A DNA stretch of 64,000 nt from Candidatus Methanosuratincola verstraetei (GCA_049570475.1 CP186953.1:967658-1031657), one strand, 5' to 3'. Numbered from the stretch's first letter, positions 19,809 to 30,287 are shown. Notes: generated by a model not told the origin, from the letters alone. Numbers and translations: made by a program.

Positions 19809-20957
19809 ATGCGTACCTTGATCTCTCAGGTGTGGCGTGTCAACCTTGCGACAATGCTCTTCTTCACCATGATCCAGGTGGTCGTCCCGCTCATACCCCG
19901 GTACGCGCTGACCGTCTCCGCATCGCCTTTCCTGATAGGTTTAGCCGTGTCCGCAATCTCCATCACTGCGATCTTTCTCCGTCCGATCTCCGGTTTCCTG
20001 AGCGACTCTTGGGCAAGGTCAAAACTGATGGCGATTGGGCTTGCCTTTGGATCAGCCGCCTACCTTGTGCTGTTCCTCTCTGCCGATATCTACCAAATAA
20101 TGATCGGAAGGATCCTCGAGGGGGCGGGTGTTGCCCTATTTGTGCCTTCGTCGATGGCGAGTGCGGTGGACCAGGCTCCAGAGGGCAAGGTAGGGGAGAC
20201 CCTAGGGTGGAGGAGCCTGATGATCGGTCTTGGTTTCACAATTGGCCCAGCACTTGGCGGTCTTCTTGCCGAAGCCTTCGGCTACACAACGACATTCGGG
20301 ATAACTTCTGTGTTGATCCTATTCCTGTTGCCCCTAGTCCTCTACAGGGAGCCCAGGAAGGAGCGGGCAGCTTTCTCGGTCTCGATCAGGGGTCTTTTGG
20401 AGAGGCACTTTGTTGTAGCTTTCGTGAGCCTTGTCGTCTACGCAATAGCTTGGATGGGCCTACTCACCTTCCTGTCGGCTTACCTCAAGATAATTGGATA
20501 TGGCGATCTCCAGATCGGGCTCTTCGTCAGCATCCAGGCGGTCTCGAGCCTCGCCCTGAGGATATTTGCGGGGCGGGCTGCCGACAAGAACCCCGCACTA
20601 ATGACATACGTCGGGCTCTTCCTGATCTCATTTGCCTTCCTGCTCATAGCGCTGAATCAGGAGGCGATCCAGCTCTACATCGACGCAGTGATCTTCGGTC
20701 TTGGAATAGGCATCTTCGTGCCAGGATCGCAGACCCTCGCTCTCGCACATGCGCACGCAGGCAGCAGGGGTTTTCTCTCGAGCATATATACGATGGGGAT
20801 GGATGTTGGGAACATGGTGGGCCCGCTGATGTTCGGGGCTGTGATCCAGGCATCCGGCAGCTACCCTGATTCATTCCTAATCTCTCCCGTTCTTACTTTT
20901 GCTGCGGCGCTTGTGGTTCTGGTCCCGGAACGGATGGGTAGGCTGAAGGATAATTAG
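19809..20957 (+). CDS. MFS transporter
   Basis: 12 TM helices, MFS loop motif. Confidence 0.75.
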   Translation: MRTLISQVWRVNLATMLFFTMIQVVVPLIPRYALTVSASPFLIGLAVSAISITAIFLRPISGFLSDSWARSKLMAIGLAFGSAAYLVLFLSADIYQIMIGRILEGAGVALFVPSSMASAVDQAPEGKVGETLGWRSLMIGLGFTIGPALGGLLAEAFGYTTTFGITSVLILFLLPLVLYREPRKERAAFSVSIRGLLERHFVVAFVSLVVYAIAWMGLLTFLSAYLKIIGYGDLQIGLFVSIQAVSSLALRIFAGRAADKNPALMTYVGLFLISFAFLLIALNQEAIQLYIDAVIFGLGIGIFVPGSQTLALAHAHAGSRGFLSSIYTMGMDVGNMVGPLMFGAVIQASGSYPDSFLISPVLTFAAALVVLVPERMGRLKDN

Positions 20958-20996
20958 ATTTATACCACCTGCCCCTCCTGATAAACAGGGCTCCAG

Positions 20997-22331
20997 ATGC
21001 TGACACTCCATTACGGAAAAGGCACAATTCTATCAGGGAATATCCGGGTGCCGCACTCGAGTTGGGATCCCGCTGCAAAATCATACCGTTGCCTGGCCAT
21101 TCACTACCCAGAAATCACTAGATACCTGCGTGAAAGCGGAATCCGCTTTCAGGACAGTGTTATGGATCCGCTGCCCCACCCTGATTTCAGGACCGAAATC
21201 ATCCCGAAGAGCTACCAACTTGAGGCACTAGACGCCTGGCTGGAGGCGGGTATGCGCGGCGTGGTGGTCCTACCCACCGGGTCTGGTAAGACCGTTCTTG
21301 GATTGCTGGCGATCCAGGAGGCAAACTGCCCTTCGATGGTGGTGGTCCCCACGATCGACCTAATGGACCAGTGGAGGACCAGGCTCTCCGAAGCTTTCCG
21401 ATCGGAGGTGGGCGCATACGGCGGGGGAGAGGCAGACCTCAGGCCACTTACGGTGGCTACATATGACACAGCCTACCTCCGAGCCGAGGAACTCGGAAAC
21501 AGGTTCCCTCTTATCATATTCGATGAAGTCCACCACCTCGCATCGCCAGGTTACTCCCAGATAGCCGAGCTCTACGCCTCCCCATACAGGATGGGGCTGA
21601 CCGCGACCTATGAGCGGGAGGACGGTCTGCACAGCAGGCTCCCTGACCTTGTCGGCCCGAAGGTCTACGAGAAGAGAGTATCGGACATGGCTGGAATCCA
21701 CCTCGCCAACTTCCGGATCGAGCGGATCCATGTCGACCTCCCCTGCGATGAGGCCGAGGAATATGCGCGTGCGATGGGCGTCTACAGGGGATTCTTGAGG
21801 AGTAGGGGATTGAGGATGCGCTCGCCCGAGGACTTCAGGCGCCTGGTGATGATGAGCGGGCGGGATCCGGAGGCAAGAGAAGCGATGCTCTCGAGGATGA
21901 AAGCAATGGAAATTGCCCTCAACTCCAACTCTAAGATAAATGCACTAAGGGAAATCCTTGAAAAGAACCGAGGCGAGCGGACCCTCATCTTCACCCACCA
22001 CAACTCGCTCGTTTATGAGATTAGCAAAGCCTTCCTCATCCCTGCAATAACGCACGAGACGCCTAAGGAAGAGAGGGCGAGGATCCTCAGGAAGTTTAGG
22101 GAGGGCGCCTACAGCACCATAGTAACCTCCCGGGTCTTGGACGAGGGCATCGACGTGCCGGAGGCGTCCCTGGGGATAATACTGAGCGGGACAGGTTCGA
22201 AGAGGGAGTTCGTCCAGCGTCTGGGCAGGCTCTTGAGGAAGAGCGGCGACAAGGAGGCGAGGCTGATCGAGGTTGTTTCAAGGCTCACCGACGAGTCTAG
22301 GATAAGCAGCAGGCGGAGGCACGGCGTCTGA
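20997..22331 (+). CDS. XPB/Rad25-type SF2 DNA helicase
   Basis: Walker A VVLPTGSGKT, DEVHH box, helicase C motifs; followed by Bax1-like gene. Confidence 0.75.
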   Translation: MLTLHYGKGTILSGNIRVPHSSWDPAAKSYRCLAIHYPEITRYLRESGIRFQDSVMDPLPHPDFRTEIIPKSYQLEALDAWLEAGMRGVVVLPTGSGKTVLGLLAIQEANCPSMVVVPTIDLMDQWRTRLSEAFRSEVGAYGGGEADLRPLTVATYDTAYLRAEELGNRFPLIIFDEVHHLASPGYSQIAELYASPYRMGLTATYEREDGLHSRLPDLVGPKVYEKRVSDMAGIHLANFRIERIHVDLPCDEAEEYARAMGVYRGFLRSRGLRMRSPEDFRRLVMMSGRDPEAREAMLSRMKAMEIALNSNSKINALREILEKNRGERTLIFTHHNSLVYEISKAFLIPAITHETPKEERARILRKFREGAYSTIVTSRVLDEGIDVPEASLGIILSGTGSKREFVQRLGRLLRKSGDKEARLIEVVSRLTDESRISSRRRHGV

Positions 22332-23863
22332 TGCTCCCTTCCGAATTGCTGGTGGCGAGGATCAAGGGAGGGGTGATTTGCCCTGGATACCTCAGCCCTG
22401 ATGGAGCGGACGGGGCTCTCGCAGCACGCCTCATCTCGATCTACTCGAAGAGCCTGGGAAAGAAGAAAGCCGAGATCTCAGGCGCAGCCAAAAAGATCGA
22501 GTCCGAGGGTAACGATTTCAGAGTGGTAAGGGGGCTCTGCGCCCTCCTAGACAGGCTCTCAGTCTTCGAGGTCAGGAGCCCAGTCGACCCCCAGGCACTC
22601 AGGGAAAGCCTGTTCGCCCGCGGGGCGCCGGTCCTTGACGAGGTGGGGCGCCGAGAGGTGCTGGGGGATGCTGCTGCGAGGTTCAGGATTAAACCAGATG
22701 AGATACTGCGTTACATCTGGGCAGACCTGCCCGACGAGAGGGTCTTGGCCTCTTTCTCTGCGCCTTCGCCCGATGAGCTGATCGCCTCGTACAACCTCTC
22801 TCTGACCCAGACGCTATTGTTTCGGGCCACCTTTCTCGAGGTCTCGGCGAAAGGAAATCTGCGTCCGATATTCGGAGGAGTCAAGCGCCTTGGACTGATG
22901 TATTCGATCAGGGCGGCGGACGGGAACTCGGCATCAATATCAATAGAGGGTCCAGCCTCGATGCTTAAGCTGACCGAGAGGTATGGGACATCACTCGCAA
23001 AGTTACTCCCGAAGGTCTTGGAATCGGAAGAATGGGAGATCCATGCGCAGATCTCTAGGGGATCATTCGGAAAGAAACGGCTGCTCGACTTCCGCCTGAG
23101 CTCATCAGACGGGATCCCCTTCCCGGAGGTCCCAAGACAGGACGAGGGGTACGACAGCTCTGTGGAGGAATCTTTCGCGAGGCGTTTCAGGGCATTGGAG
23201 ACCCGGTGGGTCCTCCTTCGTGAACCAGGACTGATATCAACGCCGGCTGGGATCCTGATACCGGACTTTGCGTTCGAACTGGGCGGGCGGAGGATCTACC
23301 TTGAGATTGTCGGCTTTTGGACTCCGGAGTATCTCGAGAAGAAGATCTCGAAGCTGAACTCCCTGCCTCCTGGGATCGAATTCATAATCGCGGTGAACCG
23401 GTCGCTGGCTTCTGCCGACCGTTTCCGGAGATCGGGGAAGAACATCGTGGAGTTCGATGACGAAGTCCCGCTCAGGCCTATTCTTGGCATCCTCGAGGAG
23501 GTCGAGAGGTCTGCCTCAAAGGATAGTGAAAAAAAGCTGCGGGGCCTAAAGATCGAGCCAAAATCTGACGTGGTCGATCTGGCTGAAATTGCTGCGAGGC
23601 TGGGGGTCCCCTGCGATGCATTGGTGGGGGCGATTGCAGAATCGCCTCCCAAGGGATACTCGCTAGCAGGGGAGTACCTGATCTCGGAGCGGACGGTCAG
23701 CGAGTTGCACAGAACACTGTCGACAGAGAGAAACCTTGGTGCGATCGAAGAGAGATTCAGGGCATTCGGGATCAAGAATGCGATTCCTGTATTGACCAAG
23801 CTCGGATATTACGTCAGGTGGACTGGCTTGTCGCCTGGATCAGCCGAAGTCCAGAAAAAGTGA
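22331..23863 (+). CDS. Bax1-like nuclease (DUF790), XPB partner
   Basis: PD-(D/E)xK-like IPDFAFE...YLEIVGFW motif, size and position immediately after XPB (stop/start overlap). Confidence 0.6.
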   Translation: MLPSELLVARIKGGVICPGYLSPDGADGALAARLISIYSKSLGKKKAEISGAAKKIESEGNDFRVVRGLCALLDRLSVFEVRSPVDPQALRESLFARGAPVLDEVGRREVLGDAAARFRIKPDEILRYIWADLPDERVLASFSAPSPDELIASYNLSLTQTLLFRATFLEVSAKGNLRPIFGGVKRLGLMYSIRAADGNSASISIEGPASMLKLTERYGTSLAKLLPKVLESEEWEIHAQISRGSFGKKRLLDFRLSSSDGIPFPEVPRQDEGYDSSVEESFARRFRALETRWVLLREPGLISTPAGILIPDFAFELGGRRIYLEIVGFWTPEYLEKKISKLNSLPPGIEFIIAVNRSLASADRFRRSGKNIVEFDDEVPLRPILGILEEVERSASKDSEKKLRGLKIEPKSDVVDLAEIAARLGVPCDALVGAIAESPPKGYSLAGEYLISERTVSELHRTLSTERNLGAIEERFRAFGIKNAIPVLTKLGYYVRWTGLSPGSAEVQKK

Positions 23864-23879
23864 TTCCACTCCGAGAGAC

Positions 23880-23974
23880 TGGTGCTCTGGCCGGGATTTG
23901 AACCCGGGTCACTGGCTCTCTTCGCCAAAAGGCACGAAAGGCCAGTATACTTGACCGGACTATACGACCAGAGC
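23880..23974 (-). tRNA. tRNA-Glu(TTC) with 17-nt intron
   Basis: matches archaeal tRNA-Glu pattern (GTAGTCCGGTCAA D-loop, anticodon loop CTTTCG|A, T-arm CCGGG-TTCAAAT-CCCGG), encoded CCA. Confidence 0.75.
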
Positions 23975-24093
23975 ATCGTCGCACTAAATTCTCTGTAGCC
24001 TTTAATAATTTTTCCTCCCCCGCCTTCAGGTGCCGAAAACTTATCAGGTCCAGAAAAAAGTTAATAGTGTAGTCAGGAATGAAATCAATAGTT

Positions 24094-24181
24094 GCGGGGG
24101 TCGCCAAGTCAGGTTAAAGGCGCAGGGCTTAGGACCCTGTGGCGAAGGCCTTCGTGGGTTCGAATCCCACTCCCCGCACCA
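24094..24181 (+). tRNA. tRNA-Leu(TAG)
   Basis: clean cloverleaf: anticodon arm CAGGG-CTTAGGA-CCCTG, long variable arm, T-arm GTGGG-TTCGAAT-CCCAC, CCA encoded. Confidence 0.85.
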
Positions 24182-24288
24182 AAAACACAGAATCTGCAAA
24201 TACAGCCTGAGCCGAGGCAGTCTTTTGGGGGCTCAGGAGAGTAGGCTCCAATGCAAGAAATGTTGATCTTGGTAAGCGCTAATTATTC

Positions 24289-24678
24289 TCAGGGAGAGCT
24301 TTTTCCTTCAGATATTCTGGCGCCCTTCTCTAGAAACTTCCCGTATTCAGCCAATATCTCGCCAAAGGCACTGATGAAGTACCTGCACGCCTTGTCGAGC
24401 CCTTCCCTTCCGCGCTCGGAGAGTGAGTACCTTGTCTCCCTCCCGGCCCTTTCCATTCGGACGAGCCCCCTCTTCCGCAGCTCCTTGAGCGCCGGGTATA
24501 TTGTGCCTGGCGTCGGCCCCCTCCCTTTTCTCCGCGCGATCTCCCTGCAGATCTCCTGGCCGTTCATCGGGCGCTTCGAGAGCAGCCATAGTATCTGGAA
24601 CGAGAGCATGCCCCTCATGTCGCAGCAGAATGGCATCTCAGGACAACACTCGCTCATAAAATTATATTGTACGCCCAA
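24289..24678 (-). CDS. PadR-family transcriptional regulator
   Basis: wHTH with GTIYPALKELRKRGLV signature typical of PadR. Confidence 0.7.
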   Translation of the reverse strand: MGVQYNFMSECCPEMPFCCDMRGMLSFQILWLLSKRPMNGQEICREIARRKGRGPTPGTIYPALKELRKRGLVRMERAGRETRYSLSERGREGLDKACRYFISAFGEILAEYGKFLEKGARISEGKSSP

Positions 24679-24713
24679 TATATTTAATAGTTCCCTGAGA
24701 CATTTGGTGCCTA

Positions 24714-25484
24714 ATGCTGGTGGCTGAAGTGCGAAGAGATGTTAAGCATCTTGTCAAGAAGAGGTACGCCAAGATAGCGGCCTCCGGGGGTTCCTGCTGC
24801 CCTTCGTGCGGCTGCGGAGGCGGCAATACGAGCGTGCATATTGGGGGGTACTCTGAAGGCGATCTGGCAAAGGCACCTCCAGAATCAAGGATGGGGCTTG
24901 GGTGCGGCAACCCAGTCTCCTACGCGGATATCAAGCCAGGCGAGGCGGTACTGGATCTAGGGTCCGGCGGCGGAATGGACGTTTTCTTGGCAGCGCAAAA
25001 AGCAGGCCCGGATGGGCGGGTCATAGGCATTGACATGACCGATGAGATGCTGGATCGGGCAAGAGGGGCTGCAGTAAGGCACGGGTTCAATAATGTTGAA
25101 TTCAGGAAGGGGGAGATCGAGGTTGTCCCCCTCGAGGATTCGTCGGTCGATGTCGTCATCAGCAACTGCGTGATCAACCTCTCGACGGACAAGGCTCGCG
25201 TCTTCAGGGAGATCAAAAGGATCCTGAAGCCAGGGGGCAGGATGGTGGTTTCCGACGTCGTCACAAACGGGGGTCTGCCCGAGCACGTCAAGAGCAACCC
25301 TGAAGCCTGGGCTGCCTGCGTCGCTGGAGCGCTTGATAAAGACGAATACCTTCGTTTAATAAATGAATCAGGTTTGGAATGCGCAAGAATTCTTGCTGAA
25401 TCAGGATACTCGGAGGGATTGCCCGAAGAGATCGCTGGAAAGCTCAGCAGCATAACTGTTTATGCTGAGAAACCGAGAGCCTGA
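24714..25484 (+). CDS. arsM: arsenite S-adenosylmethionine methyltransferase
   Basis: Cys-rich N-terminus (CCPSCGCGGG), SAM motif VLDLGSGGGMDV, conserved ISNCVINL. Confidence 0.75.
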   Translation: MLVAEVRRDVKHLVKKRYAKIAASGGSCCPSCGCGGGNTSVHIGGYSEGDLAKAPPESRMGLGCGNPVSYADIKPGEAVLDLGSGGGMDVFLAAQKAGPDGRVIGIDMTDEMLDRARGAAVRHGFNNVEFRKGEIEVVPLEDSSVDVVISNCVINLSTDKARVFREIKRILKPGGRMVVSDVVTNGGLPEHVKSNPEAWAACVAGALDKDEYLRLINESGLECARILAESGYSEGLPEEIAGKLSSITVYAEKPRA

Positions 25485-25680
25485 TCTGAGCACATCACGC
25501 CCCCTTCTCTCCTCCCCTCTTTTCTTCCAGTTTTTTACGGAGAGGTCTGCGAAAGCTCCGATGCTTTAGCGGGAGAAGCGCGAGTCAGCCCCCAGGTCAC
25601 GGCACATGCGGAAAAGCAACTTATTTTGCGAGAAACATTTAAACGGAGGATGGTTCAAGCGACTAATGACGTAGGAGGAT

Positions 25681-28296
25681 GTGCTTTGGGGGGCGAAACA
25701 TCCGATGGCGAATCAAGCAAACACGATAGAATTGACATGCATGCCGCCCTCCATAAAGACAGAAGAGCTTGCATCCCTCCCTCTCGAAGAGGTCTTTTCA
25801 AGACTGCGTACGGACGAATCAGGTCTCACTTCTAAAGAGGCCAAGTCAAGGCTGCAGGTCTGCGGAAGGAACGAGATTGCAAGGAGGAAGAAGCGATCTG
25901 CGGTTGCAGATTTTCTGCTTCACTTCAAGAGCCCGCTTCTGGTGATCCTGATTTTCGCCGCAATCCTCTCAGGCATCCTCGGCGAGCTCATCAACACGGG
26001 CATAGTGTTCTCAATAGTCCTGATCAGCGTCATGCTGGACTACTTCCAGGAAGCGAAGGCTGAGAGGGCAGCCCAGCTGCTGAAGGAGAAAGTGAGCACG
26101 ACCGCCACGGTGCTAAGGGACTTGAAGAAGCAGGAAGTTGGTCTTGCCGAGATAGTCCCTGGCGATGTGATCTACCTCTCGGCTGGGGACATCGTGCCCG
26201 CGGACGCGAGGTTAATCGCCGCCAAGGATCTCTTCGTAAACCAGTCTGCGCTGACAGGTGAGTCGATCCCAGTCGAGAAGATGCCCGTAGATGCGATCTC
26301 GAAGGGTGCCCCGATGGAGGAGTGGCGGAACCTGCTTTTCATGGGTACCTCAGTGGTAAGCGGAACTGGCAAGGCTGTCGTGGTCAGGACCGGCGCCAAC
26401 ACCGAGTTTGGGAAGATAGCGAGGAAGCTCGTAGGAAGGGCACCCGAGACCGACTTCGAGAGGGGCCTGAAGGGATTCGGTTATATGATCATGCAGGTCA
26501 CCTTCGTGCTCGTGATCTTCGTATTCTTTGTCAACGCACTCTTCAAGCGCGACCTACTCGAGTCGCTGCTCTTCTCAGTCGCGTTAGCCGTCGGCCTCAC
26601 GCCTGAGCTGCTACCGATGATACTGTCGATCAACCTCTCGAACGGCGCTCTTGCGATGTCTAAGAAGGGGGTCATTGTGAAGCGCCTTTCGTCCATCCAG
26701 AACTTCGGGACGATGGACGTGCTGTGCACCGACAAGACCGGGACGCTCACGGAGAATAAGATCAAGCTGGTGCTCCACGTCGATCTCGATGACAGGGAGG
26801 ATGAGAGGGTCCTGCTCTTCTCATACCTGAACAGCTATTTCCAGACCGGGCTCAAGAGCCCCCTTGACGAAGCGATCCTTGCATACAGGAACTTGGAGAT
26901 ATGCCGCTACAGCAAAGTGGACGAGGTCCCATTTGACTTCGTGAGGCGAAGGGTTTCCGTGGTCGTGGACTATGAGGATCAGCGCCTGATGGTGACCAAG
27001 GGAGCTCCCGAGTCTATCCTTGAGGTCTGCTCGTACTGCGAATACGAAGGCAGGACCGTAGACATGACCCCAGAACTGGCAGCGAGGGTTGAGGCTCAGT
27101 ACAGGAGGCTTAGCGCCGAAGGCTTCAGGGTGCTCGCGGTTGCCTACAGCAAGCTGAAGGAGCGCAAGCCCTCCTATTCGATTGGCGACGAGGTCCACAT
27201 GGTCTTCTTGGGCCTTGTTGCATTCCTAGATCCTCCGAAGGAGGATGCGCGAGAGTCGCTGAAGCTCCTCAAGGGCGCCGGGATAGAGCTGAAGATCCTG
27301 ACCGGAGACAACGAGCTCGTGACCAAGAAGGTCTGCGACGATCTTGATTTTGAGATAAAAGGGCTCGTCCTGGGGAGCGAGATCGCCCAGATGCATGACG
27401 ATGCCCTCTCCAGGGTAGTGGAGGAGGCTAACGTCTTCGCCAGGCTCACGCCTGCCCAGAAGGACAGGATCATAGCCGCGCTGAGGCAAAACGGGCACGT
27501 TGTCGGCTTCCTCGGCGACGGCATAAACGACGCCCCGTCCATGCGGACTGCGGACGTCGGGATATCTGTCGACAATGCGGTCGACGTAGCGAAGGAGGCC
27601 GCAGACATTATCCTCCTCAGGAAGAGCCTCACCGTGCTCGAGGAGGGTGTCATCGAGGGGAGGCAGACCTTCGGAAACACAATGAAGTACATAATGATGA
27701 ACGTCAGCTCTAACTTCGGCAACATGTTCAGCGTCGCGGGGGCATCGCTCTTCCTGCCCTTCCTGCCCATGCTCCCCACCCAGATACTGCTCAACAACCT
27801 CCTCTACGACTTCTCCCAGTTCACGATAACGACAGATCACGTCGACAGAGACTACCTCGAAAAGCCGAAGCGATGGGACATTTCTTTCATAAAGAGGTTC
27901 ATGGTCGTTTTCGGGCCAATCAGCTCCCTCTTCGACTTTATAACCTTCTTTGTTATGCTGTACGTCTTCAGTGCTGATGAGCCTCTGTTCCAGACTGCTT
28001 GGTTCACCGTATCCCTTTGCACCCAGACCATGATCGTATTCGCGATCAGGACGCGTGCAGTCCCATTCTTCAGGAGCCGCCCAAGCAGGACGCTTGCAGC
28101 AGGTAGCTTAGCCATCGTAGCAGCGGCGCTGCTCGTTCCTTTTTCCCCAATTGGCCCCCTCTTCTCGTTCGTAGTTCCCCCTGCAGGCTTCTACGTCTTT
28201 CTGGCTCTGGTACTTGGTGCCTATTTCCTCATCACCGAGTCCGTTAAGAGATGGTTCTACAGGCGATACAACTTTGCCATGACCAGATCCAGATGA
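25681..28296 (+). CDS. mgtA: Mg2+-importing P-type ATPase (MgtA-like)
   Basis: DKTGTLT phosphorylation motif, TGES, GDGINDAP, 10 TM segments, MgtA-like N-terminus. Confidence 0.8.
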   Translation: MLWGAKHPMANQANTIELTCMPPSIKTEELASLPLEEVFSRLRTDESGLTSKEAKSRLQVCGRNEIARRKKRSAVADFLLHFKSPLLVILIFAAILSGILGELINTGIVFSIVLISVMLDYFQEAKAERAAQLLKEKVSTTATVLRDLKKQEVGLAEIVPGDVIYLSAGDIVPADARLIAAKDLFVNQSALTGESIPVEKMPVDAISKGAPMEEWRNLLFMGTSVVSGTGKAVVVRTGANTEFGKIARKLVGRAPETDFERGLKGFGYMIMQVTFVLVIFVFFVNALFKRDLLESLLFSVALAVGLTPELLPMILSINLSNGALAMSKKGVIVKRLSSIQNFGTMDVLCTDKTGTLTENKIKLVLHVDLDDREDERVLLFSYLNSYFQTGLKSPLDEAILAYRNLEICRYSKVDEVPFDFVRRRVSVVVDYEDQRLMVTKGAPESILEVCSYCEYEGRTVDMTPELAARVEAQYRRLSAEGFRVLAVAYSKLKERKPSYSIGDEVHMVFLGLVAFLDPPKEDARESLKLLKGAGIELKILTGDNELVTKKVCDDLDFEIKGLVLGSEIAQMHDDALSRVVEEANVFARLTPAQKDRIIAALRQNGHVVGFLGDGINDAPSMRTADVGISVDNAVDVAKEAADIILLRKSLTVLEEGVIEGRQTFGNTMKYIMMNVSSNFGNMFSVAGASLFLPFLPMLPTQILLNNLLYDFSQFTITTDHVDRDYLEKPKRWDISFIKRFMVVFGPISSLFDFITFFVMLYVFSADEPLFQTAWFTVSLCTQTMIVFAIRTRAVPFFRSRPSRTLAAGSLAIVAAALLVPFSPIGPLFSFVVPPAGFYVFLALVLGAYFLITESVKRWFYRRYNFAMTRSR

Positions 28297-28454
28297 ATGA
28301 AGGGCGCCCTGCATGAACCTCTCATGACTGCTTTATGGATTTCCTGCGCCAATGACCTAATCATGACCGGATCTGCGCCAAAAATCCCCAAATGTTGCCA
28401 TCGGGAACGTTAAAATATATTCTCACTGATATAATGATCTGGTGCATTTATTCT

Positions 28455-28886
28455 ATGAAAGTGCCAGAGAACATACGCGAAGCCTTTTCCAAGGCGCTCA
28501 AGTACAGGCGGGCGGTAGTTGGGACAGCCTCGAAAGGCGGCATACCGAATGCAGTACCCATAGGCGTCGGCAGGTTCATCGACGGCGAGACACTCTGCCT
28601 TGTGGACAACTACTTCCTCAAGACAAGGAAGAATCTCGAGGAGAATCCTTATGCGGCCGTGACATTCTGGGTATCCGAGGAAAAGGAAGGCAAGATAGTC
28701 ACCAACGAGGGCTACCAGCTGAAGGGAAGGGTCGAGATCCAGACCAGCGGCGAACTTTACGAGAAGATCAAAGCAGAGACCAAGGCGATAAGGGCAGACT
28801 TCCCGGTGAAAGCAATCGCCCTCTTGAGGGTAGACGAGATCTACGACGTAAAGGCCGGCCCAACCGCAGGTAGAAGAATCATATAA
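28455..28886 (+). CDS. pyridoxamine 5'-phosphate oxidase-like FMN-binding protein
   Basis: split-barrel PNPOx-like pattern (AVVGTASKGGIPNAVPI); start chosen at MKVPEN. Confidence 0.55.
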   Translation: MKVPENIREAFSKALKYRRAVVGTASKGGIPNAVPIGVGRFIDGETLCLVDNYFLKTRKNLEENPYAAVTFWVSEEKEGKIVTNEGYQLKGRVEIQTSGELYEKIKAETKAIRADFPVKAIALLRVDEIYDVKAGPTAGRRII

Positions 28887-28907
28887 GTTGCAAGAGGGCT
28901 CCCATCA

Positions 28908-29282
28908 ATGCCTCCCCCATTTTCTGACCCCCAGAGCTTTTCCGGAAGGACAGGACACAGGTTCAATCACATAATAAAGAGCCTTCCTGACGATCCTTCG
29001 CAGGGGCTGACGATTGAGGAACTCCTCCTTAAACTGAGGGCTACCGGGTACAGGGGAGGCATCGAAGGTCTAAGGGTGGATCTACAGGAGCTTATAAGGC
29101 GGGGCGAGGTTGGGCAGTCCGAACAGGAAGGGAAGAATGTTTACTGGTGCCTCCCCCGGGGGAGGTTGGAGCTCAGGAAGAGGTCTGCCCTGATCAGGCT
29201 ACACAACATGGAGCTCGGCGAGGACGAGATCAGAAAGCTAGAGGAGATCGTCGAGAAGCGCGGATCGAAGAATCAGGCATAG
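28908..29282 (+). CDS. hypothetical protein
   Basis: 124 aa ORF, helical/charged; no family recognised. Confidence 0.35.
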   Translation: MPPPFSDPQSFSGRTGHRFNHIIKSLPDDPSQGLTIEELLLKLRATGYRGGIEGLRVDLQELIRRGEVGQSEQEGKNVYWCLPRGRLELRKRSALIRLHNMELGEDEIRKLEEIVEKRGSKNQA

Positions 29283-29321
29283 CAAAACTTATTTGCCAAT
29301 CCTTGTTATGCCTCAAATCAC

Positions 29322-29519
29322 GTGAGGTTAATTGAAATGGTGTCCGTAAAAGTCGATCCGGAAAAGTGCAACGGCGATGCGATCTGCATCTCTATCTGCC
29401 CTGTGAGCGTCTTCGAGCTCAACAACAACAAGGCCGTTCCTGTAAGGGAGCAGGACTGCATCCTCTGCATGGCATGCGTTGCGCAGTGTCCCACCCAGGC
29501 GATTGAGGTAAAAGAGTAG
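29322..29519 (+). CDS. 4Fe-4S ferredoxin (two cluster motifs)
   Basis: CxxxxxCxxxCP and CxxCxxCxxxCP motifs. Confidence 0.7.
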   Translation: MRLIEMVSVKVDPEKCNGDAICISICPVSVFELNNNKAVPVREQDCILCMACVAQCPTQAIEVKE

Positions 29520-29552
29520 AGTGACAATCACTCACCCCTCTTATCTTTTCCA

Positions 29553-30287
29553 TCACTTTTTGGTATCTGATTGTCTACCTTCCTCACTGCCCTTCTCTTT
29601 TCTTTTCTTTTTTCCTCTTCTCTCTCGCTTTGTGCCCTCGCTCCTTCCCAATCCCACCTTGTAATATTCGCAGAATCCTGTAAGCGGGCAGATCCAGCAC
29701 CTCGGCCCGATTGGCTTGCAGATCTTCTTCCCGAACATCACGAATGTGTCATTGACCTCAGCCCAAGTTCTCTTGGGGAAAATCCCCATCAGCTCGCCCT
29801 CCGTTTCTTCGGGGGTCCTCGTTGCGACCAGCCCAATCCGGTTCGCAATCCTGTGGACATGGGTATCGACAGGTATGGCCTCTAACCCGAAGCCGTAGAC
29901 CAGGACGCAGTTTGCAGTCTTCCTGCCGACCGATGGGAGCTCAAGTAACCCTTCGAGATCCCTCGGGACTTCCCCGCCGTGCTTTTCGGTTATCTCCCTA
30001 GCGATCTTGATGATGGCCCGGGCCTTGTTCCTGTAGAAGCCGACCCCGCGTATTAGATCCGCAACCTCGCTCTCTGCAGCGGCGGCGAGTTCCTGCGGCG
30101 TCCTGAACCGTTCGAAAAGCCTCATTGCCGCCTCAGACGTCCTCTCGTCCCTTGTCCTGTGGGAGAGGACAGTGGCTATGAGGACCGCAAACGGGTCCTT
30201 TAGCCTGTCCTCCACCGCCGCCAGGGCTGTCTCCCCCTTGCCCCCAAGCGCAGCCTTCATTGCGCGCAGGATGTCAACTGGATCCAA
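29553..30287 (-). CDS. nth: endonuclease III (HhH-GPD, 4Fe-4S) with Lys-rich tail
   Basis: HhH-GPD motif (LPSVGRKTANCVL...D), Fe-S loop CWICPLTGFCEY. Confidence 0.85.
   Translation of the reverse strand: MDPVDILRAMKAALGGKGETALAAVEDRLKDPFAVLIATVLSHRTRDERTSEAAMRLFERFRTPQELAAAAESEVADLIRGVGFYRNKARAIIKIAREITEKHGGEVPRDLEGLLELPSVGRKTANCVLVYGFGLEAIPVDTHVHRIANRIGLVATRTPEETEGELMGIFPKRTWAEVNDTFVMFGKKICKPIGPRCWICPLTGFCEYYKVGLGRSEGTKRERRGKKKRKEKGSEEGRQSDTKK

Noticed and set aside
19805-20869. 354-aa plus-strand ORF in an alternative frame to the MFS transporter
   Set aside because: Cys/Arg-rich nonsense translation; the overlapping frame 19809..20957 gives 12 clean TM helices.
23814-24266. ORFs 23814..24107 (minus) and 24030..24266 (plus) from the six-frame track
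   Set aside because: They overlap the tRNA-Glu and tRNA-Leu genes; the translations are low-complexity and they are spurious.
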